A stretch of 64,000 bases of DNA from Bacteroidota bacterium (GCA_016183775.1 JACPDY010000098.1:13547-77546); one strand, 5' to 3'. Shown: positions 18,469 to 28,516, numbered from the stretch's first letter. The notes: generated by a model not told the origin, from the letters alone. Numbers and translations are program-made.

Positions 18469-19401
18469 TTATAGCTGCAATTCCTTAAAACTCCTGTTGA
18501 GAAATACGGTTATCATTTCCTTCCGGTATTCCCGGGAGTACACGTCGTTATCCACAATCCTGGACTTTTTAACTGCTATCCGGATCATTTCCTCTTTATT
18601 ATCCGATTGATTTCCTTCAATAACAATTGGTCCGGGATCAATGCAGCCTAATACAATTTTAATTTTCCCCTGTTTATTAATGGTTACTGCGCTAGTTAAA
18701 GATCCAAAGTCCATGCTTTCCCGTGGCCTTAATTTTATAAACCGCGAACGGTGTTCTTCATGAAGCGGGAGGTAAATAGCCTTGATGAGTGATGTTCTTT
18801 TGATCTTGAGAGAATTAATTCCATTCCGGCTATAGATGTCTTCGAGACGAGACATATAGCCTTCGCTATATTCAATGACTTCTACACATGCGTTCATACT
18901 AATTAATGCAATAGCCATATCAGAAACGAACTTTGAAAAGCAATTCTTTTTCCCTCCTGTCGCAATACACGTATCTCCATTACATTTGAGACAATTACCG
19001 ACCGCATTTCTCCACCATTTGGTTTGATTGTAAAATGTACAGCGATTTTCACATAAAATATTCCCCCCGATAGTAGCTGTCTTTCGTATCACGGGCGTTG
19101 CCACTGCATTTGAGGTTTCTATCAGCAATGGGAATTCACTTACGATATCCGGATTCTCTTTTAAAGCATCTAAGGAAACGGCTGCGCCAATTTTCAGGTG
19201 TTTGCCGTTCCGGTTGATTTGTCTCATGTCATCAATATCAGATATATCAATCAGGCAGGATGATGAATTGTTACCGTGCAGCGTATTTACAATGACATCA
19301 GTTCCGCCTGCAATGAAACTAAAATCACTTCCGCATTCGTGAGCCAGTTTTACAGCTTCTTCAACTGTTTTTGGCCGGATATATTTTTCCATCGCAGTCA
19401 T
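18469..19401 (-). CDS. Xanthine-dehydrogenase-family FAD-binding medium subunit with a Cys-rich insertion (HcrB-like).
   Basis: CoxM/XdhB-type FAD domain (FSFIAGGTDVIVN, TIGGN). Has an extra CENRCTFYNQTKWWRNAVGNCLKCNGDTCIATGGKKNC loop like the 4Fe-4S insertion of 4-hydroxybenzoyl-CoA reductase beta subunit. Confidence 0.8.
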   Translation of the reverse strand: MTAMEKYIRPKTVEEAVKLAHECGSDFSFIAGGTDVIVNTLHGNNSSSCLIDISDIDDMRQINRNGKHLKIGAAVSLDALKENPDIVSEFPLLIETSNAVATPVIRKTATIGGNILCENRCTFYNQTKWWRNAVGNCLKCNGDTCIATGGKKNCFSKFVSDMAIALISMNACVEVIEYSEGYMSRLEDIYSRNGINSLKIKRTSLIKAIYLPLHEEHRSRFIKLRPRESMDFGSLTSAVTINKQGKIKIVLGCIDPGPIVIEGNQSDNKEEMIRIAVKKSRIVDNDVYSREYRKEMITVFLNRSFKELQL

Positions 19402-19402
19402 T

Positions 19403-22204
19403 TTACACTATAGCCCTTTTTTCAAGGCGCTTCTTCTTTATTTTGTTTAATACATCTTCAGCACTTATTGGCAAACGGGTTATCCTGACTCCTACTGCAT
19501 TAAATACAGCATTTGCTATGGCCGGAATTACCGGATGCAAAGCGCCTTCGCCGCATTCTTTTGCACCGAATGGGCCTTCCGGATCATTTGATTCAATAAT
19601 ATTTGTGTGAATATCAGGGGTGTCGAGCGTGGTGGGGATTTTATAATCAAGAAAATTGTTGTTCAGTAATAGGCCATTGAAATATTTCATTTGTTCAGAC
19701 ATTGCCTGTCCGATTCCCATGTGCCATGAGCCTTCCAATTGACCTTCCACAGCGAGCGGATTTATCGCCTTCCCGCAATCATGGGCTCCCCAAACATTTA
19801 ATACTTTTACAGATCCGGTTTCCACATCTACTTTTACTTCTGCCACACAAGCGCCAAAGGAATAGGATGGACTCAACCCCGCACCTGATCCTTTAAAATC
19901 GCCGCCGAGCTTTGGTGAGATATATTTGCCGCTCACACTTACCGCACCACGATGTGCTGTAAGAATATCAATCGCTTCATCCCAGGTTAAGTTAATTTCC
20001 CTGTTATTACTAAAAATCCGATTGCCGGAAAAATTCAACTCCTCAATTGCCACCCTGGTTTTTTTTGCAATTGCAGTACAAATTTCAGTCCTGAGATTTT
20101 CAGCAGCATTTTTTGCGGCATTTCCCGCCATAAATGTTACACGGCTTGAATAACTTCCTAAGTCAACAGGAGTAAGGAGTGTATCGGCGGAAAGGACAAA
20201 TATTTTATCAAAACTTATACCCAATACCTCAGCCACTATCATGGCAAGCATTGTATCGCTGCCCTGGCCTATGTCGCTTGCCCCGGAAGCGATCACTATG
20301 CGTCCATCAAAATCAACTTTAAGGTGAACCACTGATTGCGGTAATTCGTTCCATACAATAGGTAAAGCGCTTCCACTGATAAAGAAACCACAGCCTACTC
20401 CGAGACCATAACCATATTCCAGCTTTCCAAAGCGCTTCTTCCAATCGGACTGCTCCATGACTTTTAGCAGGGATTCCCGGCTTCCGTTCGAAGTAATGCG
20501 GTAATGGCCAACTGTAAGAGTGTTTGAGTCCAGAAAATTCTTCATTCTGAGTTCACAGGGGTCCATTTTAATTTCATGTGCCAGATCATCAATAACAGAC
20601 TCTACGGCAAACCGGGAATTTACAGCGCCGTGACCCCGCATTGCCCCGCATTGGGGTTTATTGGTATACACGCGAAAGGTCCGGAAACCAAAGTTGTTAA
20701 GCTTATAGGGAGCTTGCAGCAATACGCCATTGTAATAAGATGTAACTACTCCAAAGCTGCCATAAGCTCCGCCGTCAATCGCAATATCCGCATCAAGAGC
20801 CGTGAAGGTGCCATCTTTTGATAGTCCCATTTCTATTGTCATCTTTGAAGGATGTCGGCCATGATTCGTAATAAAAACTTCCTCGCGGGAAAGCCTTACG
20901 CGCACAGGACGTCCGATTTTTTTTGCCAGGTAAGAAATAATAATCTCGTGAGGAAAAGGATCACTTTTCCCGCCAAACCCGCCGCCAACATAAGGTTTAA
21001 TGACCCTGACGCGGCTTAGTGGCAGTTCCATAACCCTGGCGAGCGACCGATGAAGGTAATGAGGAACCTGAGTAGCTGATATTATTGTCAACCCGTTTTC
21101 ATTCCAAAAAGCCGTTGCAGCGTGAGGTTCGGTAAAGCCATGATTAATACCTTCAAATTCAAATGACATTTTACTTGTAACATCCGATTCACTCAGTCCT
21201 TGTTTCTGATTTCCAAAACGCAGTTCGGCTTTCTTATGTATGTTGTTATTAAACTTGCAATGTTCATGTATCTTCTCATTAGTTCCGACATCGTTCAAAG
21301 AGTCTTCAATGTGTAGAAATTCTTTAATGGTATTGTATTTAACCACGATCTTCCTGCATGCTTCAAGAGCCAGGGCCTCTGTATCAGCCGCCACTGCTGC
21401 AACAATTTCTCCAACATACCGTACTTTGTCAATTGCGAGTGCTGTTTCATCCTGTGAAATAGGCAGAACGCCGAACGTAACCGGCAACTCTTTTCCTGTT
21501 ACAATATAATGCACGCCTTCCATTCCCGCTGCTGCAGAAATATCAATGCTTTCAATTTTGGCATGAGGGTAAATACTTCTCAGAAATTTACAATGAAGGG
21601 CATTCTTAATCTCTATATCGTCTGCATATTCAGCTGTTCCCTTTACTTTCCTTTCAGATTCAATATAGGGCTTTCGTTTACCAATAACGTTCAAAGTATT
21701 TAACTCGGGTGTATCAATATTTTCCGATGGAACTATTCCTCCCGCTATTTCGGATGAATATTCAGCAACAGCCTCTATAATTTTCTTGTATCCCGTGCAG
21801 CGACATAAATTTCCTGAAAGAGCCGTCTTAATTTCTTCTGTTGACGGATTAACGGTTTTGCTGACAAATTCGAGTGCGGTAATTACCATACCGGGAGTAC
21901 AAAATCCGCACTGAATCGCACCCTTTTCAATAAATTTTTGCTGTAGTTTATGGAGTTCACCGTTTTTAGAGAGCGCTTCGATAGTTATTATTTCAGCGTT
22001 CCCGCAGCGGTGAGCCGGAGTTATGCAACTTAAGGCTGGTTTTCCATTAACTAATACCGTACATGCTCCGCAACTGCCTTGCTCACAACCAATTTTAGTC
22101 CCCGTTAATCTTACTTTCTCACGAATCACTTTCGAAAGCATTTCATGTTCCTCTGCAAGCAGGGTAATAAGACTTCCGTTTATTCTGAGTTGAAGTTCTT
22201 TCAT
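19403..22204 (-). CDS. Fused [2Fe-2S] small subunit plus molybdopterin-binding large subunit of a xanthine dehydrogenase/aldehyde oxidase-family molybdoenzyme.
   Basis: N-terminal GCEQGSCGACTV...CGFCTPGM...CRCTGY 2Fe-2S motifs, followed by ~770 aa of aldehyde oxidase/xanthine dehydrogenase Mo-binding domains. Confidence 0.9.
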   Translation of the reverse strand: MKELQLRINGSLITLLAEEHEMLSKVIREKVRLTGTKIGCEQGSCGACTVLVNGKPALSCITPAHRCGNAEIITIEALSKNGELHKLQQKFIEKGAIQCGFCTPGMVITALEFVSKTVNPSTEEIKTALSGNLCRCTGYKKIIEAVAEYSSEIAGGIVPSENIDTPELNTLNVIGKRKPYIESERKVKGTAEYADDIEIKNALHCKFLRSIYPHAKIESIDISAAAGMEGVHYIVTGKELPVTFGVLPISQDETALAIDKVRYVGEIVAAVAADTEALALEACRKIVVKYNTIKEFLHIEDSLNDVGTNEKIHEHCKFNNNIHKKAELRFGNQKQGLSESDVTSKMSFEFEGINHGFTEPHAATAFWNENGLTIISATQVPHYLHRSLARVMELPLSRVRVIKPYVGGGFGGKSDPFPHEIIISYLAKKIGRPVRVRLSREEVFITNHGRHPSKMTIEMGLSKDGTFTALDADIAIDGGAYGSFGVVTSYYNGVLLQAPYKLNNFGFRTFRVYTNKPQCGAMRGHGAVNSRFAVESVIDDLAHEIKMDPCELRMKNFLDSNTLTVGHYRITSNGSRESLLKVMEQSDWKKRFGKLEYGYGLGVGCGFFISGSALPIVWNELPQSVVHLKVDFDGRIVIASGASDIGQGSDTMLAMIVAEVLGISFDKIFVLSADTLLTPVDLGSYSSRVTFMAGNAAKNAAENLRTEICTAIAKKTRVAIEELNFSGNRIFSNNREINLTWDEAIDILTAHRGAVSVSGKYISPKLGGDFKGSGAGLSPSYSFGACVAEVKVDVETGSVKVLNVWGAHDCGKAINPLAVEGQLEGSWHMGIGQAMSEQMKYFNGLLLNNNFLDYKIPTTLDTPDIHTNIIESNDPEGPFGAKECGEGALHPVIPAIANAVFNAVGVRITRLPISAEDVLNKIKKKRLEKRAIV

Positions 22205-22205
22205 T

Positions 22206-22946
22206 TTAAATCATATTACTTCCAATACTTTTACCGCCATCCACATAAATTGTTTGACCTGTTATAAACTGTGTCGTTTCTGCAGCCAGGAAGGAAACTG
22301 CGGTTGCCACATCCTCCGGTTTTCCCATGGACTTTGTTGGCTGCGCTTCAATTAATTTTCCTAAAATTTCCTTTTCCAATTTTTGTGTAAGCGGTGTGTC
22401 AATTAGCCCCGGGGCTATTGCATTTACAAACACATTATATTTGCCGAGCTCGAGGGCTAAAGCTCGTGTAAGCGAAACAACACCTGCTTTGGATGCGGAG
22501 TAATTACTTTGTCCGCGATTCCCAAGCCATGCGCGTGAAGATATGTTAATGATTCGCCCCCCATTTTGCCTTTTCATAATTATTGCCGCTTCCCGGCACA
22601 TTAACCAGGTACCTTTCAGGTTTATATTTATTACTGTATCAAATTCGGCAGTAGTCATGTTCCAGATCAGGTTATCACGAATAACGCCGGCATTGTTTAC
22701 CAGTATATCAACCTGTTTGTGCTTCGAAATAATTTTCTGAAATAATTGTTGGATGATTTTCTCTTTGGTGATGTCGGCTTTGGCAAAGCTCAATTTGTCT
22801 TTGCCGAATTCAGCCAAAAGCTTTTTGCCGCCATTTTCATCTATATCAATCGCGATTACAAAACAGTTATCTGCAATGAGTTTCTTTACGATCGCTTTTC
22901 CAATACCTTTTCCTGCGCCGGTTACGAGTGCAATTCTTTTTCCCAT
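22206..22946 (-). CDS. SDR-family NAD(P)-dependent oxidoreductase.
   Basis: TGAGKGIGKAI Rossmann motif, NNAG, and YSASKAG catalytic triad region. Confidence 0.85.
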   Translation of the reverse strand: MGKRIALVTGAGKGIGKAIVKKLIADNCFVIAIDIDENGGKKLLAEFGKDKLSFAKADITKEKIIQQLFQKIISKHKQVDILVNNAGVIRDNLIWNMTTAEFDTVININLKGTWLMCREAAIIMKRQNGGRIINISSRAWLGNRGQSNYSASKAGVVSLTRALALELGKYNVFVNAIAPGLIDTPLTQKLEKEILGKLIEAQPTKSMGKPEDVATAVSFLAAETTQFITGQTIYVDGGKSIGSNMI

Positions 22947-23710
22947 TGTTTCACATTGTTTTTAACTAGTATTAATTTCGCCAAAATGCTAAACGCTATT
23001 TCATCCGGCCCTTCGGCTCCGATATTAATACCCATGGGCATATCAACTGTTTCCAGTTTTTCTTCCGGTATGTTTAGCCCCTGTACAAATATTTTTTTTG
23101 TCATTTCAACTTTCCGCCGGCTCCCGATCATGCCCAAATATGCGAATGGCTTTTTTAGGCAAAAGGCCAGAATATCTCTGTCCTTTGGATGACTGTGAGT
23201 CATAATACAGATAAAAGTGTTTTCATCGAATGGAAGCAGCTGCAATGCCTTTTGACAGGGTATATTCATTTTATTGACCTCCTCAGTAGTACATTGGTTA
23301 ATGTATTCTTTACGTTCATCAATTAAAACAATTTCGAAATTGAGATTGCTGGCATACCTAGCAAGTGCCTGGCCGGTATGCCCGGCACCAAAAATGTATA
23401 ATTTGTTCATTTTCATAATCGGCTCAATGTAAATGTCCACCGTTCCTCCACAACACATATTATGTTGGTTCAATAAATCATGCCGATAAAGCTTTGGCCT
23501 CTTCTCACTAATTGTCGACAATGCATTACCAATAACTTTTCTTTCTAATTCTCCTCCTCCTATGGTTCCGTAAATTTGACCATCGGAATAAACTATCATC
23601 TTTGCACCAATCTTTCTGGGAGTACTTCCATGTGTATTCACAACGGTGCATAGTGCCACTCCCTGATTAATTGCTTCAGCTTCAGCTATCTTTTTATATA
23701 AGTCCTTCAC
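22922..23710 (-). CDS. XdhC/CoxI-family molybdoenzyme maturation factor.
   Basis: Family-typical NAD-binding-like central region (KLYIFGAGHTGQALA). Sits in the Mo-enzyme operon. Confidence 0.75.
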   Translation of the reverse strand: MKDLYKKIAEAEAINQGVALCTVVNTHGSTPRKIGAKMIVYSDGQIYGTIGGGELERKVIGNALSTISEKRPKLYRHDLLNQHNMCCGGTVDIYIEPIMKMNKLYIFGAGHTGQALARYASNLNFEIVLIDERKEYINQCTTEEVNKMNIPCQKALQLLPFDENTFICIMTHSHPKDRDILAFCLKKPFAYLGMIGSRRKVEMTKKIFVQGLNIPEEKLETVDMPMGINIGAEGPDEIAFSILAKLILVKNNVKQWEKELHS

Positions 23711-24314
23711 TTATTTTTACTTTTTGCTCAATAGCCCTTTCGTAATCATCCGGAGTATTTATATTGGTCAATATATATTCGTCGTTAACAATAATGTTCC
23801 GCCTTGGAAACCCCGACAAAACACTTCTGAGATTTAAATCCTGATCAGGAATTACTGAACTCACATACCGTATAATATTTTTTGAGATTACGATAGGATG
23901 ACCGTTTTTGCCCTGGTAAGAAGGAATAGTGTATCCATATGAATTTCTGTTCTCCAGCAAATTTTTAATGGTTTCCATATTCACAAAGGGGTTATCAATA
24001 TTCTGAATGAAACAACAATCCATGTCCATCATCCTTTCCATCCCGAGTTTAATAGAATGAAATCTTCCGGCTTCACGTGCAGGGCTTCTGACTATTTCAG
24101 AAGTTGGCAGTACTTCGTCAATGTATTTGCTCCACTCATCACTGCAGAAATCTGAATTCAATACAACACAGATATTTTTTATTCCCGCATTCCAATATCT
24201 GTCAACAATTCTTTTCAGAAACGTTTCACCCTGGTACAAGAGATAGGCTTTCGGAAAATTCATCCGTTCTGATTTCCCTCCTGCCAAAATGAGTGCTCCG
24301 GTCATATTATTCAT
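23694..24314 (-). CDS. MobA/MocA-like molybdenum cofactor nucleotidyltransferase (probable cytidylyltransferase for the MCD cofactor).
   Basis: MTGALILAGGKSERM N-terminal signature. ORF opens at 24371, but the likely start is Met at 24314 or 24305, clear of the palindrome at 24363-24376. Confidence 0.75.
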   Translation of the reverse strand: MNNMTGALILAGGKSERMNFPKAYLLYQGETFLKRIVDRYWNAGIKNICVVLNSDFCSDEWSKYIDEVLPTSEIVRSPAREAGRFHSIKLGMERMMDMDCCFIQNIDNPFVNMETIKNLLENRNSYGYTIPSYQGKNGHPIVISKNIIRYVSSVIPDQDLNLRSVLSGFPRRNIIVNDEYILTNINTPDDYERAIEQKVKISEGLI

Positions 24315-24362
24315 TCTCAGTCCATTTATATACGAAAGTATTCTTATTCGCCTTTTAATATT

Positions 24363-24376
24363 ATGATTCAAATCAT
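24363..24376. promoter_or_regulatory. Candidate Crp/Fnr-family site ATGATTCAAATCAT in the divergent promoter region between the Mo-enzyme operon and the bcr/hgd-like operon.
   Basis: Perfect palindrome. 48 bp upstream of the 24424 ATG and ~50 bp upstream of the mobA-like start. Confidence 0.5.
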
Positions 24377-24423
24377 AGTATTTTCATTGGCATTGGAGTT
24401 ATTTTGTTTAAAATAAATTTGAA

Positions 24424-25587
24424 ATGAAATCTCTTGATGCCATACTGAAAGAATGCGAAGAGCTTGCTTTCGATTTAAATTTTTCACGTGCTAAAAAATG
24501 GAAAGCGGAACACAAGGATCGGATTTTAGTAGGGTATCTACCGATTTATATTCCGCGCGAGATCATACATGCCGCAAGTGGTCTTCCGGTTGGCATCATG
24601 GGGGCGGGCGACAGAAAACAAATAATCAAAGGCGACGCCTATTATCAGTCCTATATTTGCCATTTGCCCCGTGGCATTATTGAAATGGCACTCGATACTA
24701 ATTTAAGCGGGTTTGACGGGTTCCTGTTTCCTGCGATTTGCGATTGCGTAAGAAATCTTTCCGGAATGTTTAAGCTCTCTCATAAAGGAAAATTTCAAAG
24801 ATATTTTGATTACCCTCAAAACTTTGACGCTTTCGTTGGTGGAACTTTTTACGTTCAGGAAATGGAAAAAGTAATGGAAGACATGTATAATATTAACAAA
24901 GTTAAAGTTGCTGAAGAAAATATAAATAAGGCGATTATACTCTATAATAGAAATCGAAAGTTGATCGAAGAAATATATAATATCCGGCAACAATATCCCT
25001 GGAGGTTATCTGCGGTAGAAACATATTTCATCCTCCGGGCGGGAATCACAATACCTGTTGAAGAGCATAATAAAATACTAGATCAGGTATTGGTTTATAT
25101 TAATGAAGAACGGGGTGAACCAATGGATAATATTCGTGTTGTTGTTTCGGGCTCGTTTTGTGAACAACCTCCTGTCGGGTTAATAAAATCAATAGAAATG
25201 GCAGGATGTTATATTGTGGATGATGACTTTATGCTTGGGTCACGGTGGATACAGGGCGAAATTAATTCGGCTGCTGATAATCCTTTGAAATCCCTTGCGA
25301 ATGCGTATATCAATCAAAGTACATTTTCATCCGCGTATTATGATGTGGGAAATCCGAAGGGAAAACGATTGGTTGAATTGGCAAAAGCGAGAAATGCAGA
25401 CGGAATTATTTTTTCCGCGGCCAGCTTCTGTGATCCGGCTTTGCTCGATAGGCCGCAGATGCAGAAGGAATGTGATGAAGCGGGAATTCCCCATATCAAT
25501 TTTCAGTTTCATGAAAACACAGGACAGTTTAAGGTTATTAAAGAACAGGCAGGTACATTCTCAGATTCGATTAAACTATGGGCCTGA
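24424..25587 (+). CDS. 2-Hydroxyacyl-CoA dehydratase / benzoyl-CoA reductase family component (HgdB/BcrC-like).
   Basis: 387 aa, the size of BcrC (386 aa). Conserved Cys for the [4Fe-4S] cluster (ICDCVRN, SFCDPAL). HgdB-type N-terminus. Confidence 0.75.
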   Translation: MKSLDAILKECEELAFDLNFSRAKKWKAEHKDRILVGYLPIYIPREIIHAASGLPVGIMGAGDRKQIIKGDAYYQSYICHLPRGIIEMALDTNLSGFDGFLFPAICDCVRNLSGMFKLSHKGKFQRYFDYPQNFDAFVGGTFYVQEMEKVMEDMYNINKVKVAEENINKAIILYNRNRKLIEEIYNIRQQYPWRLSAVETYFILRAGITIPVEEHNKILDQVLVYINEERGEPMDNIRVVVSGSFCEQPPVGLIKSIEMAGCYIVDDDFMLGSRWIQGEINSAADNPLKSLANAYINQSTFSSAYYDVGNPKGKRLVELAKARNADGIIFSAASFCDPALLDRPQMQKECDEAGIPHINFQFHENTGQFKVIKEQAGTFSDSIKLWA

Positions 25588-25769
25588 AGCAAGTCAATAA
25601 TACCGGCTATTCTGCAATAATTTTCCATAAAGAGATTTTTGGATCGATGAAAATTGCCCTGATATCGGAATGTATAATTAAAGTCATTTCATTTGGTTAA
25701 AGGACTGTATTAAAAGCCGGGGTGATTAAATTTTTCTTCGGCAGTTATTTATTTTTTAAAAAACAGATA

Positions 25770-27071
25770 ATGGCAAATCCACAAGAGGCTATCAAGGAGA
25801 AAAGTATGAATCTCCAGAAGGAAATGCTGGCAAAGCAATTTCACGAGTTAAGTATGGCAAAAGAACTTGGGAAAAAAGTTGTATACACTTTTGTTCCCGG
25901 AAATCTTACTGAGCTGATTCTTTCATTTGATATGCTCCCTGTGTATCCTGAAATTAATGCACTTCAATCGGGAATGAGAAAAAAATCAGGTTCATTTATA
26001 AAGGATGCTGAAAAAATCGGGTTTTCGGAAGATGTGTGTACATATGTAAAATGCGACATAGGCATGATGTTGAATGGAAATATCGGACCTACAGGAGAAA
26101 AGCTTCCCAGTCCCGATTTACTTCTGCTCAGTTACACAGGCTGCTTTACTTTTCTCAAGTGGTTCGAAAACCTGGAGAGGCTTTATCCGGGAGTTCCGGT
26201 TGCTATGCTTCATACGCCCTACCAAGAGGACGGAAAGATAACCAAAGATCAGATCGAGTATATGGTAAAGCAGCTGAAGGAAGATGTAATTCCTAAAATG
26301 GAAAAGGTTTCAGGAAAAAAGTATGATCCTTCAAGATTGTCGAAAATGATGGAGAATTCGGTAAAGGCCGAAGATCTGCTTGTAAAAGTTCTGGAAAGTG
26401 CAAAAAATGTTCCTTCGCCAATTGATGCATATTTTGCCGGGGTGTATTATATAGGCCCCATATTCACTGCGTTTCGGGGAACGGAAGAATCGGTAAATTA
26501 TTATACAGAGCTTTGGAATGAGGTTCAGGATCGGATGAAACTTGGATTGGGACCGGTTACGCCGGAAGGCGAGATGAAAGAGCAAAAGTTTCGCTTAGTA
26601 GTGGAAGGCCCTCCAAACTGGACAAATTTTCGGGAATTTTGGAAAATATTTTACGACATGGGTGCAGTTATTGTGGCTTCTTCCTATACAAAAGTAGGGG
26701 GTGTTTATGACTTAGGATTCCGACATGATCCCAAAGAACCATTGGAAAGCTTATCCAGGTATTGTATGGGATGCTATACCAACATGAATTTACCGCAGCG
26801 TGTTGGCCTTCTTGAGAAATATGTGAAGGAGTATAAAGCGGATGGCTTCCTTATTAATTCCATTAAAAGTTGTAATTCCTTTTCGGCCGGACAGCTTATG
26901 ATTATGCGTGAAATTGAACAACGAACGGGAGTTCCGGTTGGCTTTATCGAAAGCGACCTGGTCGATCCGCGGTATTTCTCATATGCGAATATTAAAAACC
27001 GCCTGGAATCGTACTTCCAGATGCTGGAACAACGAAAAATTATTTTGAAGCAGGAAGGCATAGCTGCCTGA
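25770..27071 (+). CDS. 2-Hydroxyacyl-CoA dehydratase / benzoyl-CoA reductase family component (HgdA/BcrB-like).
   Basis: Track ORF opens at 25722, but the likely start is MANPQEA at 25770. ~433 aa, HgdA/BcrB-sized. Conserved Cys (CTYVKCD, GCFTF, SCNSFSAG). Confidence 0.75.
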   Translation: MANPQEAIKEKSMNLQKEMLAKQFHELSMAKELGKKVVYTFVPGNLTELILSFDMLPVYPEINALQSGMRKKSGSFIKDAEKIGFSEDVCTYVKCDIGMMLNGNIGPTGEKLPSPDLLLLSYTGCFTFLKWFENLERLYPGVPVAMLHTPYQEDGKITKDQIEYMVKQLKEDVIPKMEKVSGKKYDPSRLSKMMENSVKAEDLLVKVLESAKNVPSPIDAYFAGVYYIGPIFTAFRGTEESVNYYTELWNEVQDRMKLGLGPVTPEGEMKEQKFRLVVEGPPNWTNFREFWKIFYDMGAVIVASSYTKVGGVYDLGFRHDPKEPLESLSRYCMGCYTNMNLPQRVGLLEKYVKEYKADGFLINSIKSCNSFSAGQLMIMREIEQRTGVPVGFIESDLVDPRYFSYANIKNRLESYFQMLEQRKIILKQEGIAA

Positions 27072-27097
27072 TTAATAAATAAAAACTGTATACTAAA

Positions 27098-28516
27098 ATG
27101 AATAAATACTATCTCGGGGTTGATCTGGGATCTACTACCTCAAAAGCGGTCATCATCGACGAAAGGGATGAAATTATCGGACGTGGAATTACTAATACCC
27201 GCGCTAACTATGCAGTTGCTGCTGATATTGCCCGCGATGAAGCCCTTTATAACGCCCGATTCTTCGTGCTTCAAAAAAAATTGGAGGAAGAAATAAAAGC
27301 AAAACCTGAGTACAGGAAATACATCACCGACCTCGAAAGTGTTTTTCAATACGAGCAATTCAAAGTTCGCCTTGATAGATTGGGCTTGGAGTTATTGAAA
27401 ACGTGCAATACTTTTTTTAAAGATGAAAAACAGAAGGAAGAAATCATCGGCCACCTGAGAAATATCCGAAAGGCATTCAAGCCGGTAATCAAACGCGACT
27501 ATCTCTACAATAACCTGGGTTCTAAAAATCAATTCTTCAGGGATATTGTTTCGGAAAAATATAATGAAGAAGTGAATAAACTTGACATGTCTCTATTTGA
27601 GCCACTCATGACTGTATGGGACAAAAGTATTAGTCCCGCCGAAAATGAGCGTATTCAATTCAACTTTCAGGAACTTGTTCACAAAGCGATGGGAGAACTG
27701 AAGGATAAGTATAAAAATCTTCCTGATACGGTTGCGGATAACACAAGTGTAAATTTTGACGCGGAAATGAATTTACTTAAGGGTAATTTCAACCATGTTT
27801 CAGAAACGCTTCGCGAACATATTGATGAGATCGCTGAGATCGAATTCAACATTACCAGCATGACCGGAACAGGTTATGGTCGTGCGCTATTACCTTTTCC
27901 ACAGGATTGTATTCGGTCCGAAATTTTGTGTCATGCCTTTGGCGCGCACGCAGTTTTCCCGGAAACCAGAACAGTACTTGATATTGGCGGGCAGGATACC
28001 AAAGCTATACAAGTTGATAAATATGGCCTTGTTACAAGTTTCCAGATGAACGACAGATGCGCGGCAGGATGCGGAAGATACCTGGGCTACATTGCTGATG
28101 AAATGAGCATTTCACTGAATGAGCTTGGTCCCATGGCCATGAAGGCAGAAAAGGAAGTGACCATTTGTTCTACCTGTACCGTATTTGCCGGAGCAGAATT
28201 GCGTGAACTTACCAATCTTGGAGAGAAACGGGAAGACATACTTGGAGGATTGCACAAGGCAATAATCATGCGTGCTATGTCCTTAATTGCACGCTCCGGA
28301 GGAGTATTTAATGAATTTACATTTACAGGCGGAGTTGCACGGAATCCGGCAGTTATAAAATACCTGGGTCAGCTTGTAAAAGAAAATTACGGAGATGGCA
28401 TAAAAATAAATATTCATGCTGATTCCATATTCATGGGAGCCCTTGGCGGTGCAATGTTTGCCAGAAGAAATATTCAGGCAGATTTACCAATTGTGAAAAA
28501 AGAAAAGGTAATATAA
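27098..28516 (+). CDS. BadF/BadG/BcrA/BcrD-type ATPase (electron-transfer activase) with a ~200-aa internal insertion (BcrA-like large ATPase).
   Basis: LGVDLGSTTSKAVI N-terminal ATPase motif, TGYGR, and DRCAAGCGRYLG cluster-bridging Cys. Insertion between residues ~45 and ~250 is absent from HgdC. Confidence 0.8.
   Translation: MNKYYLGVDLGSTTSKAVIIDERDEIIGRGITNTRANYAVAADIARDEALYNARFFVLQKKLEEEIKAKPEYRKYITDLESVFQYEQFKVRLDRLGLELLKTCNTFFKDEKQKEEIIGHLRNIRKAFKPVIKRDYLYNNLGSKNQFFRDIVSEKYNEEVNKLDMSLFEPLMTVWDKSISPAENERIQFNFQELVHKAMGELKDKYKNLPDTVADNTSVNFDAEMNLLKGNFNHVSETLREHIDEIAEIEFNITSMTGTGYGRALLPFPQDCIRSEILCHAFGAHAVFPETRTVLDIGGQDTKAIQVDKYGLVTSFQMNDRCAAGCGRYLGYIADEMSISLNELGPMAMKAEKEVTICSTCTVFAGAELRELTNLGEKREDILGGLHKAIIMRAMSLIARSGGVFNEFTFTGGVARNPAVIKYLGQLVKENYGDGIKINIHADSIFMGALGGAMFARRNIQADLPIVKKEKVI

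Noticed and set aside
19371-21703. Multiple plus-strand ORFs (19371-19610, 19702-19896, 19926-20153, 20576-20821, 21240-21509, 21509-21703) inside the Mo-enzyme large-subunit gene.
   Set aside because: They are antisense to a 933-aa gene with unmistakable 2Fe-2S/Mo-binding motifs and have no features of their own.
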